Assembly: GCA_951406725.2 (NCBI GenBank) | Contig: OX597821.1 | Span: 101,742,001 to 101,806,000 of the forward strand | Length of the DNA: 64,000 nucleotides | Source: Octopus vulgaris | Lineage: Eukaryota | Direction: 5' to 3' | Part shown: positions 41,955 through 53,113 of the stretch, in pieces | Layout of the letters: every line of letters starts with the position of its first letter | Position numbering within the stretch: the stretch's first letter is position 1 | Notes under the pieces: model-generated | Told to the model about the DNA's origin: nothing | Database searches by the model: none | What the model saw: the letters and a program-made list of their open reading frames with translations, nothing else | Program-made: the position numbers and the translations under genes

Positions 41955-41993
41955 GTCTTTGATGTTTCATGCCTATGCTCTTCAGCAGAAAGG
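41955..41993 (-). ncRNA. Decayed hammerhead-like motif in a pLTR-like repeat (~41875-42080)
   Basis: Minus strand CTTT-CTGCTGA-A-GAGC-ATAG-GCAT-GAAA-CATC-AAAG; stem I CTTT/AAAG. Confidence 0.45.
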
Positions 41994-42101
41994 ATTTAGA
42001 GGGGAAAAAAATGGAGAGTAAATGAAAAAAAAAAAAACCCAGAAAGACAAAGATGTGTAGGGATTAACAGTTCAACATGAAATTATATATATATATGATA
42101 G

Positions 42102-42188
<87 letters not shown>

Positions 42189-42284
42189 GTTTTTTGAAGT
42201 GATGTACAGATATTGTATATTTAGAATAATAAGGTAATCAGAATGTTGGATGATTATATATATATATTTTTTTATTTACATCTT

Positions 42285-42690
42285 ATTTACATTTTTAGCG
42301 CTTTCTTCCATTATTGGAGTCATCAAAAAATGGTTCAAATTTAGATTTCTTTGTCTTTTTATAAAGAATTTTCTGGGGTTTGCCAAGCAAGGGAGAAGAA
42401 AGAAAAAAAGTTTTTTTTGAGAAGGAGGGGGAGGTAAAGAGGCATGGCTTTTGTATAGTCAGACTTGTTTGTTTAGTATTTAGTGGCCTTTTAAGGTGAG
42501 GGAGGAAAAGGAAGAGAAAGGAAAAATAATTTTTGTATTTGAATTGGTCAAGGTTTTAATTGAAAAACCAAATGTTGTTTTTGACTTTCTTCAGTAAAAA
42601 TTATAATTGCATTTCCAGGACTTGCTCTTTTGTGTTCATTAGAGGATAGTAGTATGGATGTGGTTAACTTTTTTGAGTGAAATTCTAGAG
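42285..42690 (-). mobile_element. PLE 3' end (GIY-YIG C-terminal remnant + pLTR with hammerhead motif), inverted relative to the adjacent RT
   Basis: Minus strand shows a QHLVFQLK-like remnant, followed by the HHR-like motif at 42291-42331. Confidence 0.6.
42291..42331 (-). ncRNA. Hammerhead-like motif (C3 mutated)
   Basis: Minus strand ATTTT-TTGATGA-CTCC-AATAAT-GGAA-GAAA-GCGC-TA-AAAAT: stem I ATTTT/AAAAT, palindromic stem III AGCGCT. Confidence 0.6.
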
Positions 42691-42697
42691 TTGCCTC

Positions 42698-43610
42698 TTG
42701 GACATATTCCTCAAACCCTTATGCCCATTAATACCCAGCTATATATGGGATGACATGGACTTTCTCAAACACACCCCAACCACTGTCCCAGAAGGTACTA
42801 TACTTGCAAGTTTTGAATCACTAACCTCTATACCAATATATTGCATACTCCAGGCATGGAAGCAGTCAAACACTGCATAGAGAAACACATACAATGTATA
42901 GATGAATGTTTCAAAACAGCCTTTATTACCAAAGCCACTCATCTAGTACTAGAAGAAAACACCTTCAGTTATGATAAGATATACCAACAGATAAAGGGCA
43001 CAGCTATGGGTACAAAATTTGCACTCTTATATGCCAACCTAGTCATGGGTTACCTAGAAGGTAGACTTTATGAAGAAGTAGGAAAAACTTTTGATCACAA
43101 CTTCAAAACATCATGAAGAAGTGGAAGTGCTACTTCAATGACTCCGTCATTTTGGGGGATAGACCAAATGAAGACCTACAAACATTTCGCAACACCCTCG
43201 ACACACTGCACCCATCTATCAAATTCACAACAGAAACCAGCTACAATGAACTACAATTCCTAGACATTCACATCACAATGCACAACTCCACTGTCACAAC
43301 AGACATATTTTACAAAAAATAGACACACCAATATTGAAATTTCTACTCTTGTCACCTCTCACACATCAAAAGGAACATCCCATACAGTATGGCAAGACAC
43401 ATCTGCACCATAGTAACTGACCCACAAAGACGCCAAATTAAACTTGATGAACTCAAAAGCTTCTTACAAGAACAAAATTACCCTGTGAAACGTATAAAGA
43501 ATGGAATCTCAAAGGCAATGAAATTAGATATCACACAACTTAGGACTCCAAAAGAAAAAAGCAAGGAACATACTATTCCATTTATTAACACATACAAATT
43601 AACCAGATAA
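42698..43610 (+). pseudogene. Penelope-like element reverse transcriptase relic (frameshifted)
   Basis: LVLEENTFSYDKIYQQIKGTAMGTKFALLYANLVMG; WKCYFND (degenerate RY.DD); LHPSIKFTTE..ELQFLDI..TDIFYK; NIPYSMARHICTIV. These are PLE RT motifs. Confidence 0.9.
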
Positions 43611-44005
43611 CAGAAGTGAGAGAATAGATGTTTATTCTATTTGTTGACAGCTGTTTCATAGGTCTGTGTTAGTTACATAAATGACATTATACTGTTTGAT
43701 TGATGCACACAAGTCCGTATAGACATATGGTAAACAAATCTTTACCATCAACTTATTTAATTTTACTGTATTTTTTCTGAATTTTCTATCTATCTACTTA
43801 TTCTCACTTTTTTAGTACACTCTATATATGGTCATTCTAGTATTTGTAATGGGTGAAGTCTGCTGAATACATCTATTATCTGCTACTATATAATGAGACA
43901 ACTTGTTAATTTATAGCAGAACCTGGTGTTTGACTCGCCATGATATGTTCTGATGTGTAGTCTGTTCATTAAGTTACAGCACAATTATATGTATAGGTGT
44001 GTGTA

Positions 44006-44051
<46 letters not shown>

Positions 44052-46399
44052 TATATATACATGTATGTATATAAGCATGTTGAATGATCTAGCATCACTC
44101 ATGCAACTAACAAGATTACAAAACAGATGTCAGCAAATGGGATAAACATCTATTTTCTTAGTTATCTGGTCAATTTTTGTATATACTTCCACCATTGTGA
44201 TTCCAGGATTTTCAGAATGATGGTGAGGTTATATCCTAGCCTTAACCACTGGTTTTGTCAACAGCCACACACCAGGTCGAGAGCTTACAGTGATTTCAGT
44301 TTGATTCTTTAAGTCCCTCTTGTCAATGTAGATTAGTAAATGTTGTAAGCATTAGTGAAGAAAAAAAAAACCCAGTGATCTTTGAACCAAATCTTTTGCC
44401 ACATTTCTTCTGCATTGAGTGAGACCTTCCTTCATCAAACTCATTATAGAAATGCAATGAACCACTAACTGTCCCATAGGAAAATCTGTAACCAATGATT
44501 TTATTACTTACAAATTGCAATGTAAATTAAATAACTCAAAGATGATAGAGATACATTAACCAGGTTTTGACAACTGTATGTCAATTTGTTAGTGAAAGTA
44601 ATTATCTTCCTTACACATAACATCCTAAGTACTAAATGATAGCTGCAAACAGATGAATATATTTTGAAAATTGATACATAAGAAATTAAGATGAAATAAC
44701 ATTTAAAAGATTTAGTTTCAATGTAGAAATCTATTTTCAGGATCAGTGGGATATATTCAGAATAATTGGATTCTTAATAGTAAAATTATTCGTGTTTAGT
44801 ATCTTTAAATTGAAACTAAATAGGATTCCTTTTTATAAACTTTAAATGAGTAATGTTATTTTCTCTTGTTAAGCTGGCATGGCTAATTTAATTGATATAC
44901 CACCTTACCAGTACAATATGTGTCTGAGAATATGCACTGCAAAATCATACCTAGTAAATTTAAAATCAGAATGTAGATAGATAAGAAGATTAAATAGCAT
45001 AAGCTGTTTAGTCAAGCAGTCTAATCATTTCTGCTAATTTCTCAGATCTCAATACAAATACCACTAACACCTTTGAAAATAAGTTGCTCCTAAAAATCAA
45101 ATCAATCCTCTATTTATAAAAATTCAATCTTATGAATGAGCCAAGATATTTTTACTTTTATGTCTGTTTTGGATGCTGTTATTTGTTGGATTAGACAATG
45201 GTATCAACACTAGCCCATTATAAAGGATTTTGACTGATTTAAAAAAATTCAACTGCAGCAAGTAGAGTGACAATTTTCTCAGAAATGCAAGGCAAAGATT
45301 ATGACAGGTTTTGTCATCAAAAAGTCAAAAATAAAACTTTACTTATTCAGCTATTATACACTATAAACAATACAATGTGAATATAAAAAAGATATCTATA
45401 CCATAAATAATGGTATATACAAAAGAACCAGCCAGTTTTTTTTCTTTTTCTTTGTTCTTGTGTGCACCAGATGGCAAACATTGGTGTCTACAGCAGATTG
45501 TGAGATGAAGAACCATGATAGTGGTGAGGCAAAAGTCCTTGGTTGATTAAAAGACAATGGGACATTGTGGTTTGTGAGAAGAAGAGCTATGACTGTGTTT
45601 GTGAGAAATTTATTGAAGTGACTTACATCCCTTGTGAAAACAACCAGTACCAGCTGTCATGGATGCTTTTAGTAGCATCTACTTTGTTACAAACATTCGG
45701 ACTAAGTTTCCAGTTTTAGAGTAACTCAATACCTTGATGTGTTGCTCCCTACAGTGTCTTCTTTGTGCAGGGTACAGATGGAAGTGGTTCTCTAGCATAG
45801 GTCCACTGCCAGATAAGATAGAGTCCTAGATCTGCAAGTAATGCTGCCTCCAGAGGTTACCTTATTTGTTGGTACACCCACCCACAGCTACTAACTGTCA
45901 TCTGAACTACTTACAGAAACCAAAGTAGTGGCTAGCAACATCCATGTCATATTTTACCAGAAGCCTCAGAGATGATGCAAAGGTCATGTTTGCTCCTCTT
46001 CTTTCTTTGACAAATCCATACAGAAAGAATATCACAGAAACTGGTTGGTTTAATGGTAATAATCCCTGCAGCATTTCAAAACTTATTTACTGTAAAAATC
46101 TTCTATAAATCAATATCTTGACCAAGTTAAAAATTAATACAAAGTTGAATGTAAAAACGTTTTGCTGAAAAAAAATTAACCACTCAGTTTTCCTATGCAA
46201 CAATAACAATTTCTACAGATTAATTCTAGTATATTTATATTCAACTATACAATTTCACCTATCTATTGATCATTTAATAACAATGTACCTAAAATTCTTA
46301 GCTGTATATGCATCTAATGTATATAGATTAATTGCTGGTACAAATATAGAGTTCTTAAGTATTCTGGTGTAAGGTAATATATATTTTGACAACACACTG

Positions 46400-47000
46400 C
46401 TCAGTTCATCTAAACCCATTGGAGCCAACTGTTTCTTGTCCTGTTATCACTACTACTACTACATGTCCTGGCTGTCATTTCTTGGACATTGTGCTAATAG
46501 CCTCTATGCACATCTGAAAACTGAATATCCTTCTCTTTTACCTTCCCTCCAACCACACTTCATATAAATCTTATAATGCTTCACAACTGCTTTCCACACT
46601 ATCAACCTGTAACTGACCAGTATCACCTTGTCTCACATAGGGATAAAAAATCACCATAAAATTTCAACTAAAACCTCTCTAGTCCTAACCATAAAACCAT
46701 AACTAGTCAAGTATCTTCAAACACTCAGAGATGGCATAAGTGGTCTCAAAAACCACCACCAGAATCAACCTGAAATCACAGTACCAAATTGCTGAAAACT
46801 TCAGCTGTTCCACCACCAATCCTCATCTACTGCATTGCATGCAAACTCTACACTGCATTATATATTATACATAGGTAAAACAGGATATCATTAAGGAATT
46901 TGCTCCTGCAAACATTTCTTTGATGCTTACAACAATACTCAGATCATGTGCAAATCCAACATTTTAATTCATCGGGTCACTCTCTTAGGCACCTCTAGGT
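46400..47000 (+). pseudogene. PLE GIY-YIG endonuclease relic
   Basis: 46795-46885 reads ENFSCSTTN/LIYCIACKL.../YIGKTG across frameshifts, the F.C...N.IY.I.C..C...YIG.T signature. Confidence 0.65.
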
Positions 47001-47216
47001 TGTAATTATTGTTTAGTAACAATTTTTTCCTGATTAGGATCAAAGCTCTTACAACCATAACTATTCCATCATTTTGTGTATGAAGAACTACATTGTCTAT
47101 CGTTTATCTTGTACTTGTTTCAGTCATTAGACTATGGCTGAGACACCACCTTAAAGTTTTAGTCCAATGAATCAACACCAGTACTAATTCTTTTTAAGCC
47201 CGATATGTATTCTATT

Positions 47217-47677
47217 AATTAGAAAATTACTATTTTTTAAATTTCACAATGTGAGATATTCAGCAACAGTACTTTGTAGTAAAGATTGTTTGCCAACATA
47301 ACATGGCAGTCCTGGTTTAGGACTAATGTTGCTGTAATTTAGCCCCAGGAGACATCGTCTCCAGCTGGCTATACGACACGATCTGTGTCCTTATATTTGC
47401 AAACAAGGGAATCTACACTCCCACTCAATATCTGTGTATTGCGACCTCTACCAAACAATTATTCTGTGCTGATGAAGAGAAATAACCCAGAAATCGTGAT
47501 ACACAGATATTGTTTTGAGCTGAGTGAGGGTGCTAGATTCTCTTGTTCAAAAATATAAGGACACAGATCGTGTCGTATAGCCAGCTGGAGATGATGTCTC
47601 CTGGGGTTAAATTACAACAACATTAGTCCTAAACCAGGACTGCCATGTTATGTTGGCAAACAATCTTTACTACAGTA
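47217..47677. mobile_element. Fold-back insertion (~170/180-bp inverted arms 47275-47444 and 47494-47674) carrying a hammerhead motif, inside a SINE
   Basis: The outer ~124 bp of the arms differ at only 3 positions. A 9-bp direct repeat TATTCTATT at 47208-47216 and 47678-47686 interrupts an otherwise continuous SINE. Confidence 0.85.
47463..47507 (+). ncRNA. Minimal type-I hammerhead ribozyme motif
   Basis: Stem I TCTGTG/CACAGA (6 bp), core CTGATGA (47469-75), short imperfect stem II, GAAA (47490-93), near-palindromic stem III ATCGTGAT, predicted AUA cleavage after 47501. Confidence 0.7.
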
Positions 47678-49737
47678 TATTCTATTGTCCTCTTCTGTTG
47701 AACTGCTAAGGTACGAAGATGTAAACATACCAAAACCAGTTGTAAGTGGTGGTAGTGGTGGTGGATAAGCACAGACATGAAGACACACACACACATAAAT
47801 ATACCATGGACTTCTTTCAATTTCCATCTACCAAAACCACTCACAGGGCTTTGGTTGGCCTGAGGCTATAGTAGAAGACACTTGCCTAAGGTACCAGGCA
47901 GTGAGACTGAACCAGGAACCATGCAATTGGAAAGCAAGCTTCTTACCACACAGCCATGCCTGTGATGTTTTTTTTTCCCTCCCTTTAGATAGGAAAATGT
48001 TATTGATGAAGATTAGGTTTCTAAGTCAAGTATTGCATGCAAACACAAACAATCTTTAACTGACATGCCCATCTCACAGTGTTTAGAATTGCAACACAAC
48101 AGATTCTCACATACTCGTAAACATAAAGAAACAGAAATTATCTTTATACATGGCTTCACCAACATAGATGAACTGACAGTTTTCCTTTTCCAAATTTGTT
48201 TTCTCTTTTTTTGATCCTTCTTCCAATCTTTTTACATTTATGAGGTCCCATATTAAGATGCGCATGTGTATTGTAACACCCACACACCTATGCATCTCCT
48301 TTCTCCAAACATTTTCCCCTTTCTGCTTATCTTAATATGTTTATATGTGTACATTTATATATCTCCATGCAAATGTTAGGGCATCTGACCATAGAAACCA
48401 TGCCAAAACAGACAAAAAAAATGGAGCCCAAGCAGCTCTCCAGCTGGTCAGCTCATGTCAAACACTCCAACCCATGCCAGCATGGAGAATTGATGTTAAA
48501 AGACAATGATGATGATGATGATGATATATAGATCAGAGACAGAAAATAGAATTCACATGATTATTCATTGAAAACTGCAATTATTTCAACCCATTCTCTC
48601 ATCTGTATCTTGTCTCCCAGTTTCAGTTGAGAAGCTACTAGAATGCAAAGCATAGCCAGCTATACATTACCATAAGGCAAAGTGAAATAGCAAGCAGATA
48701 AAATCAGGAACTTATTTAAAAATTCACCTGATGAAGTGAATTCTACATCTGTGATGCTAGACAACTGATTGCATAGCAACTTACCTATGAGCTACAGGTG
48801 CAAGAATGAGTCCAAACAATTGTAGTGGTTTTGAATAAAGAATCTCATGAATTCCATTTTTCAGATGCTGATCTAAGTTATATGAACTCTATGGATTCCT
48901 GAAGTAAATCCAATAGCATGTGCATTTCTACTGTATAATCTTTTCTACTCTAGGCACAAGGCCTGAAATTTTGGGAGAGGTGGGGGCCAGTCGATTAGAT
49001 TGCCCCCAATACGCAACTAGTACTTAATTTAATGATTCCAAAAGGATGAAAGGCAAAGTTGACCTCAGTGGAATTTGAACTTAGAACATGAATGGCATCA
49101 TGTAGTGGATGACCTTACACAGCATTCTACAAGGTTATATTTTTTGTCTATGTTTAATTGATCATTGTCCTTCAACCCACTTTTCATCATTTTGTCACTG
49201 GCCATTGATTTTCTACTAACACACACATATGGCATGTAAAAAGCACCCTTTGAACATTGGGTCTCACAGAGATGATGACAAGCAATCAAGACCATTAACG
49301 ATATACCATGCTTGAGGAGACTCGTCAAGCCAAGTGAAACAGTAATTGTGGTCGATGCTGATGTCACATAACTGGCACCTGGGCTGGTGAAACATAAAAA
49401 GCACCCATTACATTTTGGGGTGGTTGGTGTTAGGAAGGGCACCCAGTCATAAAAATCATTTCAAATCAGACTGGAACTTGGTGCAGCCTTCCAGCTAATC
49501 AGTTTCAATCAAACTGTCCAACCCATGCCAGCATGGAAAGCAGACACTAAATGATGATGATGATATTTGGTTACCACCACTGTATTTCTCCTTCCACTCT
49601 TGTTTGTTCTTCAGTTTCAGTGCCATCATAAATGTTGTTTTTAACTTCTCTTTCTCTCCCCACCCCACCAAAAAAGACTTTTGCTCAAAACATTAGTTTT
49701 CTTGTTTCTCAACATTGAAATGTGTGAATTGTATTAA

Positions 49738-49956
49738 CCCTTTAGCATTCAGATTTCTCTGTGAAATACAATCCTTATTTATTCACATTGCTTTGAATGA
49801 ATCATGCATTACCTTGTAGCTGCAAGATTTCAATGAAGTGACTGTTTATTCTAGAATGTCATTGTAGGATAAGTGTGGAAGGCCAGACCAGGACAGTTTG
49901 CACTTAAAACAGGTAGAAAATTTGGGCCAGATACAACCAGCTCAAATGCTAAAGAA
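49738..49956. mobile_element. piggyBac-like MITE
   Basis: TTAA-CCCTTTAGCATT...AATGCTAAAGAA-TTAG; a homologous copy lies at 18915-19134. Confidence 0.7.
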
Positions 49957-50438
49957 TTAGGATTTTGCCAACACTGACAAACCACTAATTTCCGTGGACT
50001 AGTTATATTTACTGTATTTAATACATTCTTATAATCATTCTTTGTAGACAGTAGTTAAACATTTGGGGTGAGTTTTTATGAAGATCATAATTTTATGAAC
50101 TATTAACCGCTACTTAAGAGGGCTTATATATACTTAGATATATACTTAAGAGGGTTTATATATAATGGCTATATCTATACACTTAAAATGAGGTTAATAG
50201 TCTGGATATAATTAAAACTCCTTTCCTACCTATTATGTTCTTGCCAGAACAATTTAAATTAAATATAAATTTAGGCATAGGTATGGTCCTGTGCTAATAA
50301 TTTTGCTTCCCAATCATGCTATTCTAGATTCAATCCCATTAGGTATCCCCTTAGATAAGTGTCTTCTACTATAGTTCCAGGTCCACCAAAACCTTGTCAA
50401 TGGATCTGGTTGACGGAAACTGAAAGAAACCCATTGTA

Positions 50439-50673
50439 TAGGGTGGCCCAAAAGTAGGTGTACAGTTATTCAACTATCTCTTTCGCATTCATATATTAAC
50501 AGTTTAAATCTTAATTATGAAAAAATATGAAACCATTATTCTATGCTAATTTAGTTAATTTTGTCAAGCTCCCTTTTCAGGTTGTAAGATAGAAATTTAA
50601 ATGTAATAAAATGTTTTAAAAGAAATTTAAAGTGCCTACATGATAACTGTAAACCTACTTTTGGGCCATCCTG
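50439..50673. mobile_element. Tc1/mariner-type MITE inserted in a SINE TA tract
   Basis: TIRs TAGGGTGGCCCAAAAGTAGGTGTACAGTTAT / ATAACTGTAAACCTACTTTTGGGCCATCCTG, TA on both sides. Confidence 0.88.
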
Positions 50674-53037
50674 TATATATGAATGTGTATGTGTGTGGTA
50701 TTGTCTCCATACTTTGACTTCATATGATAGTTGTAAACATGCATCATCATCATGCAAATAGTGCCCTTCATTTCCAATATCCTGAGAAAACATATCTGGT
50801 CATGGGGAAATATTACCTTTCTTGGAAACAAGTGAAGGTTGGCAACAGGGTGTCTGGTCATAAAAAAACCACTTCAACAAATTCCATTCAACCCATGTGG
50901 ATGTTAAAAGTGGATGTTAAAACGATGATGATGATGATTAATTCCACTACTTCACCTACTTATTTCAATACCTCAGTCTAGGAACAGTTAAAAAGATTAT
51001 AAATAAAAAGGAAAAGAAATGTGCCCTGGATTCAGAGTATAAACATTTTTGCACAGCATGTTGATTATTGTAACCAAGAAGATGTGTCTTTAATATTTGA
51101 AAGTCCAAATGAAATTATTATTATTACAATTATTATCTATATTATTCTCTTACATGGAATTTTACAGTCATTAATCATTCTTCCTCACCTGAACCAAATC
51201 AAAACACAAATTATCATATAAAAACAGTTTGAAATATGCTGATTCTCTGAATACAACGTATATATTTGGTATAAATTTTCAATGAATTGGCATTATCCTT
51301 ATGTTATCAACATAAAATTGTTAGAAATAATATTAGATTTTCAGATACAAAATGAAACAAATTGTTAACATGGTTTACTAGATTGCTTCTAAGTGTCCAC
51401 TTCATTTCAACCAACATTACAAGATATTGTTGGAGAAATAAAAATGACACCTACACATTTAACAGGTTGCTTGGTAACTAATGCAAATGCCAGGAATTTT
51501 GTTTGAATATAATAAATTTCTTTCCATACATTACAGATAATCTACTTAAAACACTGCCTTCTTTTACATTGTTATGTATGAAATACAAAAATCTTATGAT
51601 TTTTAAAACCAAAAATGTAAAAACAGAAAAGAGTTAACCAATGCATTTTCAACTAATTTACACCTTTAAACTGTATCTTTACAAAATAAATGCGTAATTG
51701 ACTGTAATCTAATCATAAATTGTTATTTTTGTTTGTTTTATTTTTTAGCAGTGTGTCTGCCCTTAAGCAAAGCAAAATGGTTTCCTGGCCTCTGTTCTAC
51801 AGAATTTAAAAAGGTAGAAAATAAACAGTAATATGCAGTCAACTGTGGAGTATTGCCTCCAACATTCCAACATACAAAAGAATATTAATTTGTAATAATA
51901 TTAAAATATTAAAACAAATATATATACAAATTTACATCTTTTTAAAATTCTGCTTTCTTCTCTTGTATTGGTAAGTGTCACAGGAGTTACTTGTGTAGTC
52001 AGTTACATTTCTATGTATTTTCTCATCTCAGTCATTAACTATGGTCATGCTGGGGCACTGCCTTGAAGGGTTGCATCAAACATATCAACCCCAGTACTTA
52101 TTTTGAGTTTGCTGCTTATTGTCAGAATATTTTGCCAAATCATGGAAGTCATGGAGAAGTAAACAAACCAACACCAGTTATCAAGCAGTAGTGATGGACA
52201 AACACACACACACAAATGTGGAAACAATGGGTTTCCACGTAGTTCCCATCTACTAAATTCATTCACATAGCATTGGTTGGTCCAGAGCTATAGAAGACAC
52301 TTGCCCAAGGAACTGCACACCGGGACTGAATCCCAAACCACATAGTTGCAAAGCAAGCTTCTTAACCACATAGCCATGTCAGCACTTCAGTTTATCTCCA
52401 CCTCCTCTCTTTAATTTTACCCAGTATATAGTTATTTATTCCTTTATATATTGTATTTTATTAATATTCTGAAGAAACGAGCCTTTTTATGCAAGGCCCT
52501 AGGCTAAGACAAAGATATCGAGTAAGGTTAGTTTGATTAGTGTTCAATTGAAACTGAAGTTTGTAGTCAGAGGGGAAAATATAGACAAGAGAAATGAGTC
52601 TGTGGAAGAATCTAGCAATGTTTTAATATACTTTAGTACAAAGCACTAAGATGTATATATTGAATTAATTTAATTAAGATGTACATACAACCACGAGGAT
52701 TAGAAGAGCAGAGACGGTTGCAGTATAAAAAGAGAGAGAATAATGGCTACGAACCACTAGGGAAATGCATGTTTGTGGCTAATAATTTTTTTGTCTAGAA
52801 AATATTTTTTATAAATATTTGCTTTGACACTACTTAAATTCCAAACTTAGTTATTATTTTTTCATTTACTCAAATGCAATACAAATAATCATTCCTCTAT
52901 ATTTTCCTGCATGGTTGTTTTCTATTAGAAGCTGCAAAGAGTTATCTGCATTATAAATCTAATAAAACTACAACTATAATTCTACCACTAAACTTACTAT
53001 CTCTTTTATCTAACCGCAACACAATCTATCGACTCAC

Positions 53038-53113
53038 CTAAAAACCTACAGCAGCAATTGCTCCTGAAGTTCTTGCATCCAAAGAAAAGCCAACCAACTG
53101 ATAGGCAAGCCAT
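53038..53113 (-). CDS. Candidate alternative first coding exon MACLSVGWLFFGCKNFRSNCCCRFL (phase 1)
   Basis: gtaATGG Kozak context, 76-nt open frame ending TAG|GTGAGT (consensus donor at 53032-53037), unique sequence. The gene is not identified. Confidence 0.45.

Larger units (their letters stand above)
47103..47965 (-). mobile_element. SINE family A interrupted by the fold-back/hammerhead insertion
   Basis: Tail at 47103-47216; the remainder resumes at 47678 and runs to the head at ~47960. Confidence 0.85.

Noticed and set aside
47275-47674. Ginger-like DNA MITE interpretation (TGT...ACA ends)
   Set aside because: No TSD directly flanks the TG/CA ends. The apparent 9-bp TSD lies 58 bp further left, and the hammerhead favours a retroelement origin. 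Not fully excluded.
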